Of a stretch of DNA of 64,000 nt, positions 49,694 to 63,792 are shown piece after piece; the first letter of the stretch is position 1; the number at the start of each line of letters is the position of its first letter. The notes below the pieces were generated by a model. That model was not told the origin of the DNA, searched no databases, and worked only from the letters and a program-made list of their open reading frames with translations. The stretch lies in assembly GCA_964106915.2 (NCBI GenBank), contig OZ066916.1; one strand, written 5' to 3'. A program made the position numbers and the translations under genes. Source of the stretch: Podarcis gaigeae (Eukaryota).

Positions 49694-51406
49694 CAGATTT
49701 AGAAATAAGCACAGCCATTTAAACAAAGCAGGTGCTCTACCACGCATCAACTGATGATGCAACCTGCCCTTCTCTTCCAAGACTGGGTGCCCCAGCCCTC
49801 TCCGATAGGGATCCTGCAGAGGTCTCCTGGCAGGGAGCACAAAAAGGGCTCGCTTGCATGAAAATGCTTTCCCATTCACTTCATCAGCTGGTCCAACAGA
49901 CCTAATCCCTGGAGAACACATGGAGAACTTCTACTGAAGTAAATGGGAATCTTGTACACTCATTAGCACTCCCATGCCTACAGGAAAAGCCAGAGCAAAG
50001 TGATGAAAAGGCAGATGCTCAAAGAACTGCATGCGTAGTAGGCTCTCGCTGAGTGGAAACAGATGCCTTGGAATCATGCAATAGCTGCTTAAAGGCTTAC
50101 CACTGTCTAAATACTCAGATTATGGGCATAATCTACTGGGAACATCTGTATTCTGGCGTATTTCACATTCCTGGATTGTGCCCTTAATGGATCTACCAAG
50201 ATTTCTGGATCCAGGTGGCTGACATTTCAGTGCAAATCCCTATAGCTCTTTGGCAGTATTTTTTAAACAACCTTCATCATAATGAAATCCTCAAGTTAGT
50301 CATGTATTTGCCTGTCCTCAGCTTTAGCATTTGTTTTCCCTAAAAAAATATGGAGCATATTTAAGGTTTGAGACTGGATTTCTTGGGTTATGGGTTAAGG
50401 GTGTGAGGAGGCAGCCTGTCTGAAAAGTGAAGACATAAAATCACCCAGCTGAGCACGATAAGTGAAAATACATGTTCTGCACTCTGGGCTGGCTTTGCCA
50501 GGGTGCCAATTTTTATTCTTATTTTAGTTTTTCCAGGAATCATCAGAGCACAGGATCAAAAGCTTCCATCATTTCTTTCTACACTCAGGATTCTGCATGA
50601 ATTATCTGATTGTAGAAGCCATTTTCTGAGTACCGTGCAATTCTAATAGCAGATCCTTAAAAAATATTATTTGGAGAATGAGTACAATTTTTTTGCAAAG
50701 AGGTACTATTTTATTGATTGTGCCACACACATGTGAATGAACACAGTTGTAGACCACTGGTCATTTATCATGGAAAGACACTTTAGGTTAAATTGATTTC
50801 ATTTGAGAGTTAGCACTTTGGAAACATTTGTACATGAGAATGCTCATTGCTTGTTCACCAGTTGCTTTTCCTGTTGTCACTAGGATTTTCTTTTTCCCAG
50901 CTTAACAGAAAACAATGGCATAAACGAGGTCCACTATTTCTGACTTCAGGATTGATAAATGACCATAAGGACATGTAAGGAATAGTATTGTAAGCTTGGT
51001 GGGTTGAACTAGATGGCAAGCAGAAGACTGCTATAAAGTGGTTGAAACAGTTGAATAGACCTGGCTGGTAACATCCTTTTGTTAGGAAAACTGGGGCAAT
51101 GTGTTGTCTTTGGAACTAGTTGCTAGGCCATCTTCCTGAAAGACTAGGAAATAGCCAGAGACAGTTTTGGAATGGATCTTGGCTTCTCCTTCATAATGTG
51201 ATCATAATGTGCATTCAGACATTGGGTTTATTGTGTCAGGCTTCCTGGTTAGAAACTGGTACCGAAGTGCTTGTATCACATTCCTTTCACACTGCATTAC
51301 CTGTTGTTTTATGGAACTTAAAAAACACACAGATGAACCTCCATGTTGCGCTAGATTTCATTCCTACCAATGGGCATGGTGTGATACAATAGTATGTGTC
51401 AATTGA

Positions 51407-51634
51407 TAGGGCTGGCAAGTCAGACCCTGAGATTTCAGAGCCCAAACCTGAGAATTTGGGGGGACCCATGGTGAAATCATGAGGGTGAGTCCTGGAGATG
51501 GAAGTTTTAATTGGGGGAGAGAAGCAGAGGAGGACAGATTCGCCCAGAGATCCATGATGCCGAGAATCAGCAGTCAGCTCCTGCCAAGCTGAAGCTTGCG
51601 AGCTGTCTCCACAGTCTCTCTCAAGTCTCTCGTG

Positions 51635-51665
<31 letters not shown>

Positions 51666-51705
51666 CCTGGATCCTTCAGGCTAGAGCTGGAGGCCTAGCA
51701 ACCTC
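51407..51705. mobile_element. hAT-Tip100-like MITE with internal (CA)n
   Basis: Degenerate TAGGGCTGGCA / TAGCAACCTCA ends. Confidence 0.45.
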
Positions 51706-52244
51706 ATCATTGGGCATACTGCCACCCTTTATGTGCACATGAGCAAACTTTAAATTTCATTTCAGGCAAAAACCTTGGTATCAATTCTGAATGACTTTCT
51801 AGTAATTCATTCCCCAGTGAAACTATTGAGCAAAGCCTGGGCTTCCCCCGTAGATTTTATTTTGAGCTGTGAAGTGCTGCAAGGTTGCAACAGTGTTGTT
51901 TTGGGGAGCTTTTAATGTGGGATGTTCTGTTGTATTTTTGTAATTGTGCCTGCCACTCTGTTTTATTTCAAATTTGTGGCTCAGTACGCAGTTCCCCTAT
52001 TTAGTATTTTAACTCATCTCTGTTAACCTGTCAGAACATGCTGCAAGTTCGATTGACAGAATATTTTGATCTTATTGCTGAAAGCACCTCACCTTTCTCA
52101 TTAATCTGGGATGCCATGAAGGCTGTGCTGCTAGTGACTCTTTCAAGCTGAACATGATTTCCTCTCCCTTCTGGCATATCCCATTATAAACAGAAATTAA
52201 GGAGCTGGAGATAAGACATAAATCTTTCAGATCCTACAGGGTCC

Positions 52245-52362
52245 TAAATTCAATTCCGGGTATCTCCTGGTAGGACTGGAATAAACCTCTGCCTGAAACC
52301 CAGACCGTGTAGACAATACAGAATTGTAATGGTCTGACTCAGTATAAGACAGCTTCCTATGT
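52245..52362 (+). mobile_element. tRNA-derived SINE with CR1-type tail (3' part)
   Basis: GCCTGAAACCC...GTAGACAATAC...ATGGTCTGACTCAGTATAAGACAGCTTCCTATGT. Confidence 0.65.
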
Positions 52363-53179
52363 ACCAAATTTTAACTAGCATCATAAATAGTTTACTCATA
52401 GTTGCAGGCAGTTGGAAAAGAAGACTGTTTTCAAAACCTGCGGGAGATAAGAGGCAGTCCACATTGCACTGTTACCATTCTCTCGCATAAAATCCATAAC
52501 TGCTCTGCAATGCTAACATTTATTTATATCTCTTATGTTTATCACTTTCTACTTGCACTTTCTAACAACTGGCAGTCAGAGGCAATATACAGAGACTGCG
52601 GCCTGTTGAAGCACCGCCACAAAACCACACAAATCTCATTGGGGCAGAACAAACCTTCACCTAACACAACAACCCTAAACGACTTTCCCAATACATGCTA
52701 ATCAGATCTGGGAAAGAAGAATTTCTCCTGTCTAGGCATGCACTGAAAATATGCCAATAAAATTAAAATGTAAATTGTGTCTCTGGTGCCAGTTCTCATG
52801 CCAGTGTTCCGATCTAATGTTATAAATTTGGGATGGAGTATAAGTTCAGGGTTTCCAGTCATGGCTGGCATCGACACCTCTCATCTGCACAGTACCCTGG
52901 CAATGCACAGTGCTGATGCCTGTCTTGCCTCCCACCTCAATTTCTTTTGCACAACCAGCACTCTGAATATTGCCAGAGTGCATCAAGCAATGCTTTTAAT
53001 ACCCCACCATTCCCCTCAGTACACTGGGGCAGGGTGGAGAAACTCAGGCCAAGGGGACCATGTTCAGTGTGGCTCTCCAAGCATCTCTGTGTGGCCCCCA
53101 AGATTCTCCCCAGGCTGTATCCTTCACCAGCCCTGCCTTGCATCCACCATGAGTGTTTGTGCCTGGGTGGAAGGTGTCC

Positions 53180-53410
53180 TTGTAGTGGTTAAGAGTGGTG
53201 GACTCTTAATATGGTGAATCGGGTTCGCGTCCCCGCTCCTCCACATGCAGCTGCTGGGTGACCTTGGGCTAGTCACACTTCTCTGAAGTCTCTCAGCCTC
53301 ACATCACAGAGTGTTTGTTGGGGGGGGGGGAAGGAGATTGTTAGCCGCTTTGGGACTCCTTAGGATAGTAATAAAGCAGGATATCAAATCCAAACTCTTC
53401 TTCTTATTAT
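53180..53410 (+). mobile_element. Squam3-type SINE inside a hAT element
   Basis: Homologous to 3868-4125. Confidence 0.85.
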
Positions 53411-53597
53411 TCATGCTCACCTGGATGGAAAATAGAGAGGGGTGGGTGGGTGTAGACACTAGACTACTGTTGAAAGGTGAGAATTGCATCCATTCCTACA
53501 CCCATTTCTGCTTCTAGCTCCACTCACCACTGAAACATATCTCCCATAAAGGTTGCCCAGAAGAGGAAGAGAAAGGTTGTCCCACTCATAATCACTG

Positions 53598-53884
53598 ATC
53601 ATAGAATCATAGAACTCTAGAGCTGGAAGAGACCCTGAGGGCCAACCCCCTACAATACAGGAATCTCAGCTAAAGCATCCATGACAGATGGCCACCCAAC
53701 CTCTGCTTAAACTGCTCCCCAAAGGAAGTAGAGTCCACAACCTCCCGAGGGAGACTGTTCCATTGTCAAACAGCTCTCACCGTCAGAAACCTTTTCCTTG
53801 TATTTAGTCGGAATCTCCTTTATTGTAACTCGAAGCCATTGGTTTGAGTCCTACCCCCAGAGCAGAAGAAAACAAGCTTGCTCC
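53598..53884 (-). mobile_element. CR1 3' fragment
   Basis: (ATTCTATG)n tail on the minus strand; homologous to 23376-23801. Confidence 0.88.
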
Positions 53885-54177
53885 TTTGATACATTTCACC
53901 TGTAAAGGTTACCCTTGGTTTTGGGGTATTATGAGAAATTAAAGTGTGACTAGGCTCAGCTGTCCAGTACGCTTCTGAGTAGTTATTCTGCACTCAGCTG
54001 GTAAGCCCACTGACAAAGGGGGAGACGTACCATAGAGCCTCTTTGACTAGGGCCACCTCAGGCCTAGACAAAGAGTTTTTTGTGTTTGGGTGCTGAAGTT
54101 CCAAAAGGCAAACAAGTTTAAAATGATATTATTCTCCTTCCTATTGAGTTCACACACACTATAACATTATGGCACTT

Positions 54178-54393
54178 GAGGGTTACAAACGCTTCAGGTT
54201 ACAGACTCTGCTAACCTGGAAGTAGTACCTCGGGTTAAGAACTTTACTTCAGGATGAGAACAGAAATCAAACAGCAGCGGCGTGGCAGCAGTGGGCAGCC
54301 CTATTAGCTAAAGTGGTACCTCAGGTTAAGAACAGTTTCAGGTTAAGAACAGACCTCCGGAACAAATTAAGTTCTTAACCAGAGGTACCACTG
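54178..54393. mobile_element. Tigger-like MITE, left TIR lost
   Basis: Ends GAGGTACCACTG followed by TA. Confidence 0.9.
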
Positions 54394-56556
54394 TACATAC
54401 CTAGTTCGCTTCAGCATCTGTTTCTAATGATTTTTATAAAACAAGTCTCTCCATGGGGGAGGGTTTAATATATTGTGAGCTTTTAGTCACAAAATGCCCT
54501 AAGAGTTAAGGAGGGTACGCCTTCCCCCAAATGCACTATCTGAATTTTGTGTGGTCAGTTGGAGCCATGGCAAGAAGATTACAGCCATCTTTATGTGGTA
54601 AGCCATTGTCATCCTTTCTGGCAGAAACGCAAGGAAACTTGAGAAAGTGCCTAAATCATGCCCAAAGCTTGTGAAGGAGAGACTATTTAGACAGATGCTT
54701 CAGGATACGCTGGGCCTGTGAAACAGATACAGGCTTCTAATGATAGTGGAGGGCTCTTTGGACTGTAGAACGTCCAATGATGTAAAACACCACTCTCTCG
54801 ACACGTCATTACCACATTAAATAATGGAATGCAGCACAAAGGATAGCTCCCCTGCCCCCCAGCATATTTGGCCTCGGAGGTGCAGGATAATTCTCTGTAA
54901 TTTCCCCTCCTCCAAAGCATACAAATGTGTGAACATCCGTGGCACAAACAGAAGGCTAAAATTGCCCGCCGGCAGCCAGCTATGCCAACCAGGAAAGTAT
55001 GCCTTAAGCTGCCGAGTCGTAATTGTGTTTCTCTCTTGATGAAAGCTTTGAAAACATCTTATGTAACTTGTAAGTTTAAAAAGACGAAATAATTACAGTA
55101 ATCAGAACATCGAGGGCTGGGCCAAGGCTCAGCAGAGGGTTACGGAGGAGTTGCGCAAGGCAAGCAGAGATCAGCAACGGTTTGGACTTCTGGGAACTGA
55201 CAACCATCTTGGTGAACCTCCAGAAACTCACACTGGGCCTTTCTTTGCATTGTCCCATTATTCTGCATCAAAGACTTTGCAAATCCTGAGCACGGCCCTC
55301 CAAGCCTCTCCATCTGGCCCTTTAGTCTCTCCCCCGGCCACATCCGGCTTCCCAGCCATGCCCCTGCTTTGCACCCACCTTGAGTGTTTTTGGCTGGCTG
55401 GAATGTGTCCTTGAGCTCTGATCATTTCCTTTCCTTGGATGGGTCATACAAAGGGCTGTGTAAGTGCCTGCAGGAACTAGCCCGATGTACATAAGATTTG
55501 TCTCCATTGCCCCACCCACTGCTGCCTCTGCTGCTGCCCACCTCTGACATGTGGCCCCCAGAAGGTTGCACAGACAAGAATAAAAAGTTTTCCCACCCAG
55601 TTTAACCACTGTATCAAAGCTGCATCAATGACTTTGCCAAATTTCTCATTTGCCTTTCCTTTGGCCTCATCTAGGGATGGACAAATCGATGAATATCAGT
55701 TCCTCTCTGTTTCTCATTTTTCCACACTTAAGTTCAGTTTGCTCATTTCCAAATCAGTTTGTGAACTGATTCTTTCCACCAAAAGTCCTTGTGAAACTTT
55801 CTGCTTGCTTTTGTGTTGCAGTTTTCTGAATAGGTACTTTTTATGCAAGTACCAACTTTCCCTACCACTATACCTTTCTTTACATTATTTTCAACTCATG
55901 TAGGCAATTTTCTTCACACATTTCCCCAATGCGTGCTTTTTTGTGTGTGCACAAATCTTGGTTGGATTGCATCACAAAAAAATGGCAAAATGTGGATTTT
56001 GAACAATAGCCATGTTTCAGTTTTTGTAGAGCTTGTGTAATGCAAACTGCACTAATGTCTCCTCCATTTCTAGCCTAATCATGAAGTGTTGATTTTTTTA
56101 AAAAAAAATCTCCTTCATTCTTAGCAAAAGTAGTTGGATAAGGAGATACACAACCCTGCCCATTTATTTCTACATACATTTCTGCCTTTCCACACACTGG
56201 CATCTTAGGCTAACAATAGTCATCCGCAGATGTGAATAAACAATTTTTGAGGTTCTCATCTAAATAATTATTGTGTAACTTATATTATTATTGTCCCTAA
56301 TTTTGGCTTAGCTTCACGTCATCTTCCCCATCTATTTTAGCATCACAATGCAAAACCATTGTGTTGCAGCAATTGTTCAACTGCCTGTGCTGAATAATAG
56401 CTGGCGCAATCAGCAGCTACGCCCCTTTCACACATCTGACAATAATACTCTCAAACATGTTCTGTTTCTGGATCACTTTGCCACAGCAGCAAATATGTGG
56501 GATTTGCAGAAGAAATGGGAAACAAAGGGTATTAGCATCATTCTCGGTGCTAGGGA

Positions 56557-56952
56557 ATGTGTGGCGGTTAGGCATTGGGTAAGCCTTTCTTTAATGGGGG
56601 GGAGGTTGTAGCCTCCACCTGCCCCTGTTAAAGGGATCCGGGGTGTGGATCCTGTCCGAAGCCCAGACATGGACTAGGGCCATGCCATGACCCCAATGGG
56701 GTTGCCTCGGGCCGCACCTATTCAACGTAAGACATAGGGCTCCCCCTCTTTGGTGGTTTACCCTTATTTTTACTCTCTGCAGACAAGCGGGAGTTTCACC
56801 CAATGCCTGATTTCACCCAATGCCTAAGCCTAAGCCACTCACATCTGTAACCAATAAAGTTGTGGCCTGTTTTAGCCCATAAACCTAAATGCTCGTGTCT
56901 GTGTGTTTATTAACCAATAGGGAACTGTGGAGCATGGGGCCTTGACACGCAA
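56557..56952 (+). mobile_element. Ngaro/DIRS-like terminal repeat, 5' truncated
   Basis: TGGCGGTTAGGCATTGG...CCAATGCCTAA...AATAAAGTTGTGGCC...CACGCAA. Confidence 0.65.
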
Positions 56953-57024
56953 GATAAGGTAAGGTGCAAATTTGCCAGCTTACTGTCATTTTCTTTTCCA
57001 CATTCTCTAGCATCAGCAAGAAAA

Positions 57025-57200
57025 GCTGCAGAATTTGGGGCTTTTCAGTCTGGAGAAAAAGTAAGTAAGAGCTGTTGAAAATTATGCATGAAGTGGGGAA
57101 AAATGGGGAAAGTGGAAAGAGAAAGTTCCCATAACACTAGAACTCAAGGACATCCAAGGAAACTGGGCATTGGAAGATTCAGAGCAGATAAAAGCAAGTC
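57025..57200 (+). mobile_element. CR1 ORF2 fragment
   Basis: Coding remnants LGLFSLEK and HNTRTQGHP. Confidence 0.6.
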
Positions 57201-57407
57201 CCTGCGTTAGAAGAGCGGAAATAAAGGCACAAAGTATGGCGTGAACTAAGGCTACTTTCTTAACTACGGCTTAAGAACAATAAAACTCAAGAAATTTAAA
57301 CCTTCTTCTAAGCTGTATAAGGGGAATGAGACTATGTGTGGGAACACAGGTGTCAACTTGACTATACACTGTACATACCTATAGATAGATACCTATATAT
57401 ATTTATA

Positions 57408-57786
57408 GGGATGCAGATGGTGCTGTGGTCTAAACCACTGAGCCACTTCGACTTGCCAATCAGAAGGTTGGTAGTTTGAATCCCTGTGATGGGGTCAGCT
57501 CCCATTGCTCTGTCCCGGCTCCTGCCAACCTAGCAGTTTGAAAGCACACCAGTGCAAGTAGGCAAGCAGGTACTGCTGTGGCGGGAAGGTAAATGGCATT
57601 TCCATGCACTCTGGCACTCATCACAGTCCTCCATGTGCCAATAACAGTTTAGTCATGCTGGCCACATGTCCCAGAAGGCTGTCCCCTCCAGCTCCCTTGG
57701 CCTGAAAAGCGAGATTAGCGCCGCACCTCCTAGTCGCCTTTGACTGGACTTGACCACCCAGGGGCCCTTTACCTTACCTTACCTTG
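57408..57786 (+). mobile_element. Sauria SINE (older subfamily)
   Basis: tRNA head, (ACCTT)n tail, TSD TATTTATA. Confidence 0.9.
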
Positions 57787-59319
57787 TATTTATATCAATG
57801 GCCCAGCATTTCATGGTATCTCTGCTCATTTTAGCCCTCATGAACACAACCATGAGGGAAAAGGAATCACGCAAACTCCCATAAATCTGCAAGCTGTGAA
57901 TTCTTGGCTGTTTGAGATAGCACTAATATGTAAACATAAAAGAAACATAGTCATAGTAGCTACAACAAAACATACCACGTGTCTCAGTGTGGTAGCCTAA
58001 ACTAAACCAGAAAGAGGAAAAACAAGCTAGCTTCTTGGCATATGGTAACTCACATAAGCAAAAGCTACTATAAATAATCCATTCCCTTTGCTAAGCATTT
58101 GGCTAGTTGATTGCATCCCTTATGCAGCAAACAAAACATGTAATTGCCAACTTTTGTAGCTTATAGGGCTACACTGCACATTGGCAGAAGCTTGTCGTTT
58201 TCTCATCTTTGGAACACATTTGGTGAAAGGAATGCACTTTGCTGGTGTGCAATGAATTATATAGGCAGAATGTAATGCAATTCTAGGGATGCACAATGAA
58301 TTTGTTCTTTGAGAAGCCCAATACAAAATGTCCTGATCTGTGCTGCTCAGATTAATGTGCTGATCAGAGCATGGATTTCCACCAGCTTTTACACTTCTCT
58401 GAATGTTGAGACAGTTCTTGGCAGTCTAAGCATGTCAAGCTATGCAGGCGAACATATATTTTGGGAGAAAATAGAATTAAATGCATATTTAGATATATAT
58501 TTTGAAGGGGGAAGATTCAAAAAATAAATTGCAGACTAATGCAGAAATGCACAACAGAATTATGGGCAAAAAAAAAAATTGCAAAAGTGAGAGAGAGGCT
58601 ACCTAGAGAATTGCCTTCCTCTGTGCAATACTGTACTAGTGCTGAGCTGAACCAGAGAGACACATCTTGCTAGCAACTTTCCTCCCTGCCATGCCACTTT
58701 CATTGATCATAAGGAGGCTTGGAAGTGGGGGGAAATAGTTCAACATGACCTTTGCCATTCCTGACAGGGACCCTCACTCTGTCTCTCATTATTTTACTCA
58801 TTCGCCCACACCACATCCTTCCTTATAGACCACAACATCCACAACATCCATCATACCTAATAATAATAATAATAATTCATCTGGCTGGGTTTCCATTGGC
58901 CATGCCTAGGACTGATGGAGATTGGAGTACAACATCTCCAGAGAGCACAATATTGGCTGCTCCGGCTCCAGTACCAACTGGACCGTAGAAGCTGTGGCAA
59001 TCCAATCCTCTCAGGTGGTTACACTGGCAGAAGATGCATATTTGTGGTGCCAGTAGGCAGCTGCATTTGCATTGTTGTTGTTTTGTTATTTTGAAATCAG
59101 TGTCCCATTTCTGAAAATAGCTAGGCCACCAAATAGCTAATGAGATGTGGTTGCAGATTATGTTACTGGTATGGGTGGGCAATAGCTTCAATGGACCTCG
59201 GTGACATCGGCACATAGCCAACTCAGAGTGACTATGCAACCACTTCATTATTTTTGAGAAGAGATGATCAATTGGATGCAGTGGAAAGGGGGCAGGTGTG
59301 GGGCCAAAGTAGCAGCTGA

Positions 59320-59726
59320 TGCAAGGGGATAGGATAATAATATATTAAGGATGGAATAACAAATAAAGTGAATAACACAACAATAGCAAAAATAATAGTA
59401 GGTAAAGAAGATCGCACACAGGTGGAGGGAAGTACTGGGTTGTGGAGGAGGAGTTGAAGGGATTAATTGAAATTGTTAAAGATTGGTATAGGATTTAAGA
59501 GATTTAAATTTTTATAAGGATTCTATAAGGAAAGCAGAAAGCAGCAGGAAATATCAAGTAAAGGTATCGGAGAGGAGATCAGTGTAAATGAAAACATGAG
59601 ACTTATGGTTTTGTTACATATGATTTTATTTTGGAGTTGTCTGTTTATTTTGGAGTTGTTTGTTGTAAAGAATGTATATTATGTGAATAAAATAATAAAG
59701 GATTTGAAAAAGTAAAAAAAAAAAAA
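59320..59726 (+). mobile_element. L1-type 3' UTR insertion
   Basis: AATAAA, poly(A) and 9-bp TSD AGCAGCTGA. Confidence 0.8.
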
Positions 59727-59890
59727 AGCAGCTGACCAGAGATGCAAACACCACTGGAAAAAAGGAAAAGAAAGAAAGTATGAATTGCCAAGCAGGCACT
59801 CCTCAAGAGATTATTGCACTTGAGGAAATGTGGTCCCCTAACAGCAAAGAGGAAAAAAGAGATACAAATATTGCCCACCAATGCTTTAGA

Positions 59891-60201
59891 AGAAGGGTTA
59901 GAGATAAGTGGTATAGCTCCTTCTCACATGAAGGAAGCCCAGGCTCAATCCCCAGCATGTACAGCTGTTGGTTGGTTGGTTGGTTGGTTGGTTGGTTGGT
60001 TGGTTGGTTGGTTGGTTGGTTTAAAGGATCAGGTAGCAGGTGACAGGAAGGACCCTCTACCTGAGATCCTGGTGGTCAGTGGTGTCTCCAGGAAAGGCTG
60101 GAAAAGGGGAATGAACCCCTTAGAGAACCACTGCCGTTCAGCATCAACAATACTGAGCTAGCTGGATCAGTGCCCCAACATGGTGCAAGGCAGTTCCCTA
60201 C
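59891..60201 (+). mobile_element. Degenerate tRNA-Ala-like SINE with a (TTGG)n expansion at 59968-60020
   Basis: Head and tail similar to the 5390 and 52245 copies. Confidence 0.55.
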
Positions 60202-62557
60202 ATGGTCACGGGGTGTCCAAAGTGCTGAGTTATCCTTATAACAACAATGGACATTGAACCAGTATGATTCAACTAAATACAACATCGCCATCTGTGCATG
60301 ATGCAAGATCCGTGCCAAAATAAATAAATAAATTGGGTCCAGCTCTGCTGTCAGGCAGAGTGAGGTGGCTGCTCAAGGAGGCTGTAGGTGCCATGTAACC
60401 TGCCCTGCACCCCATATACCCTAGCCTGCTGCTGCTCGGTGGAGCAGGCTACCATCTGGGTAAAGACCTATGTATTTGGTGTTTGTCAACCAGCTCTTCC
60501 ACCCCTCCAGATATTACTGATTGCTTATCCACTGACTTCACTATTTTGGTGGTGCTGTTGTCGAATGCTGGTTAGTCCATAAAAAGACCAGGTTCATTCA
60601 TGACTTGACCATGAGTGAAGGGGCTGGTCTGGTCTGTATTATGGAAACTTCAGTGGGTGGGTGACCTAACTTAGCTCTGCCAGTCTAGGTTTTTGGTACA
60701 ATACCAGGCTATACTGGGCAGTCAAGGTGTGGTGTTGCTATTATCCATAGAAGCACCATCTCCTTTACTGTCTTGGGACAGGCTTGGAGGATCGGTACCT
60801 GATGTGGGGCCAGACTGAGGATGCTGCTGGTCTGTTGACCAGCCTGTTTGCTTGCAACATCCCTGACTGAGCTGGATGGACCAAAGATAGGGGGTGCAAT
60901 GCACTCACCCCCTTGTCATTGTTGGACTGTTTCCTGTTGAAGTTTGGACTAGTGGCAGAAATTTCCCCCTTTAACGGTAGTGGGTTCAGTGGTTCTCAAA
61001 GTCCTCTCCACATAATTTGTAAATTACTCAAAGCTCTGTTGCATGGGTGTCCCAGTGGTTGCACTCCAAAAGGAGCCATTACTTTGCCTGTTGTCCAAGC
61101 AAGCCCCTGGTGCACACTGACTGGCAGTGGATCACTTGGGTTTCTCTCCCAGCCCTACCTGGTGATGCTATGGATTAAAGCTGGGACCTTCTGCATTGTC
61201 TGCCTCCAAGAGGGCATCTTCTCCCACTGCTGCTGGAACTACTGGCCTTGGCATCTCCAGTGGAAAAATGACCAGGACCATCTCTTTGGTGGAAACAGCA
61301 CACGCAGCATCATTTTCTGCTGGTGGTGCTCAATCTGGTAGCTCCACTTTCAGTCCTAGTCCCTTGGTGGGGAAGACGCTCCACTGTGGAGCTGGGAGTG
61401 CCCACCTTTTCCTGCGCCTGCACCATGGTGAATTTCAATCAAAGGCATTTGTCATCCTGATAATGCGCATTAACATTCAAGGAGGGGTGTTTGCCTAAAT
61501 GAGCGCCACTTTGAGGACCTTCCGAAATCCAAGCATGGTTTTTAAGTCTATGGTTGCAAACTATCCCCTATTGAATGTAATGTCTTGAGCTATATATCCC
61601 TGTGGAGATGACAATTCTGCAACCCCGACTCCTGTAATGTTATTTTTCTCTTACTACAGAGTTGCCTAAAGAGTTACTCACCCCTTTCATATTACCTCAT
61701 CCAAGGCATTCAACCAATTATTGCACAACTTTTCTCCTTGCAGCCTAAGATAAGCTAGACCAGCAAGACCAGAAAATTTAAAGCGACTGCTATTTCTTAG
61801 GGCCATGATCATGCTCCCTGACTTTTAATTTGTCTTTTTTTTTTTACAATTTTTTTTTTACAATTTTAATCTGACAATTTTATCTGCTTAGTCATGTTTA
61901 TACAGGTTTGTACTTTGCATACAAATTGGAAAGGCTGGTGGCTGACGCAAATACATGTTGCTTGTATTTTGTTTTGTTTTGTTTTATCCATAAGCTTTTT
62001 TAATTGATCTGCACCATAAGGTCTTTGGGGGAGGTCACAATAATATAATCATACAGTTATATAAAAAGAGGTAAAACAGCAGCAATCATAAAACCAGTGC
62101 AACCATTCCAACCAGAACAGAATAGTATAGATTCCCTTTAACAAAGTTAAGAAATCAGCAGGTGAAGCTTTTCATGACATATTTCAGAGTAGCCAACATG
62201 GTGCTCTGCAAAGGTTGTTGCACTACAGCTGCCATAATCCCTGGCCATTGCCCATGCTGGCTGGGACAGATGGGAATTGTAGTTTCACAACTGGAGGTCA
62301 CTGCGCTGGCTATCCCTGATACGGAACTGAACACTGTCATCTGCTAAGGGTTGCAGGCCAAGGGACTGCTCTTCAGCCACTCTACTTCCAGTTTTTAATT
62401 CTCAATCCTTAACTCTCACATTGAAGCCAAGTTAATTCACAACTTAGTTTAGCTTCCTGCATTGCAGGGGGTTGGACTAGATTGGACCTCAGGGTCTCTT
62501 CCAATTCTACAATTAGATGATTCTATGAATTTGTTCACCAGGGCCTACTTCTCAGTA

Positions 62558-62764
62558 CAGTGGTACCTCTGGTTACATATTTAATTCATTCCGGAGGTCC
62601 GTTCTTAGCCTGAAACTGTTCTTAACCTGAAGCACCACTTTAGCTGCCGCGCCTCCGGAGCCCAATTTCTGTTCTCATCCTGAAGCAAAGTTCTTAACCC
62701 GAGGTACTATTTCTGGGTTAGTGGAGTCTGTAACCTGAAGCGTATGTAACCCGAGGTATCACCG
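62558..62764. mobile_element. Tigger-like MITE with internal deletion
   Basis: TIRs with TA TSD. Confidence 0.9.
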
Positions 62765-63330
62765 TAGCAGTGTTTAGGATTGCAGCTTTATTTTTTAATC
62801 TTCTGTCCGTATACTAAGCGTCATTATGTCACCCTGGGAGATATGAATTCCTACTGCTAACTGATTAAATTTGGATTTGGATGCATGCAGACAATTCCTA
62901 TAGCATACAAATTAAGTCAGACAAGGCCATGTGCAAGCTCAAGCACTCCTCTGATTATAAATGGGTCCCATATGCCTTGCAGTGTCTAACACACCATTCA
63001 TTTTCTTAATCGATCACATTCAGATATGGTATCATTGTCTACACAAATACGTATCTACAGAGGAAAAAGAATCCGGGTACAGATGAGTTAAATTAGCTGC
63101 AAGACAACATCGGTCTGTGAAACAAAAACAGGTGCTTGTCTTTGAAAAATGGTGCTGAACTGAGGAATTAAGGAATAAAAGTGTGGGATTGTGCTATACC
63201 TTATGTTTCTTTACTCAGAAGGCAGTCTCTCTGCGTTCAGTGAGCCCAAGGCTGTGGTTCTATGCATGTGTACCTGGAAGTAAATCCCGCTCACTTCAAT
63301 GAAACTTACTCCTGAGTAGACAATCCTAGG

Positions 63331-63792
63331 ATTTCCTGGTGCCTGAGAGGCAATTCAAAACAAAAATTTATGGAAAAATGGGATAGATATAAGATACATG
63401 CTCAAAATTATAGTAAAGGTTCGCTATCTATGCTAGCATTTGATTGACGTTGGAGAGAAATTGAGTTGAGAAACAAGATTAAGGGTACATATTGATATAG
63501 GAATGTATTAGATAAAATGTAAAGAAATATACAATAATAAGAGTACATTCATTTGTAAAAAAAAGAATATACAACAAGATTGATAGGAAGTCTGTCGTGT
63601 TGGTACAAATATTATTTTCAAATGGCTTTACGTCTTTCTTTTTTCTTTTTTCTTTCTTTAGGTACATAAATTTGGTATATAAACTTTGTATACATGTTGG
63701 AAATTATATTATAATATGCCCTGTAATGTAATATGATAATGTATACATATGTGATATAAGAACGTTAATAAAATTTTTAAAAAAGAAAGAAA
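63331..63792 (+). mobile_element. L1 3' fragment with 30-bp TSD
   Basis: Peptide LRGNSKQKFMEKWDRY...AFD*, AATAAA and A-tail; flanking 30-bp direct repeat. Confidence 0.88.
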
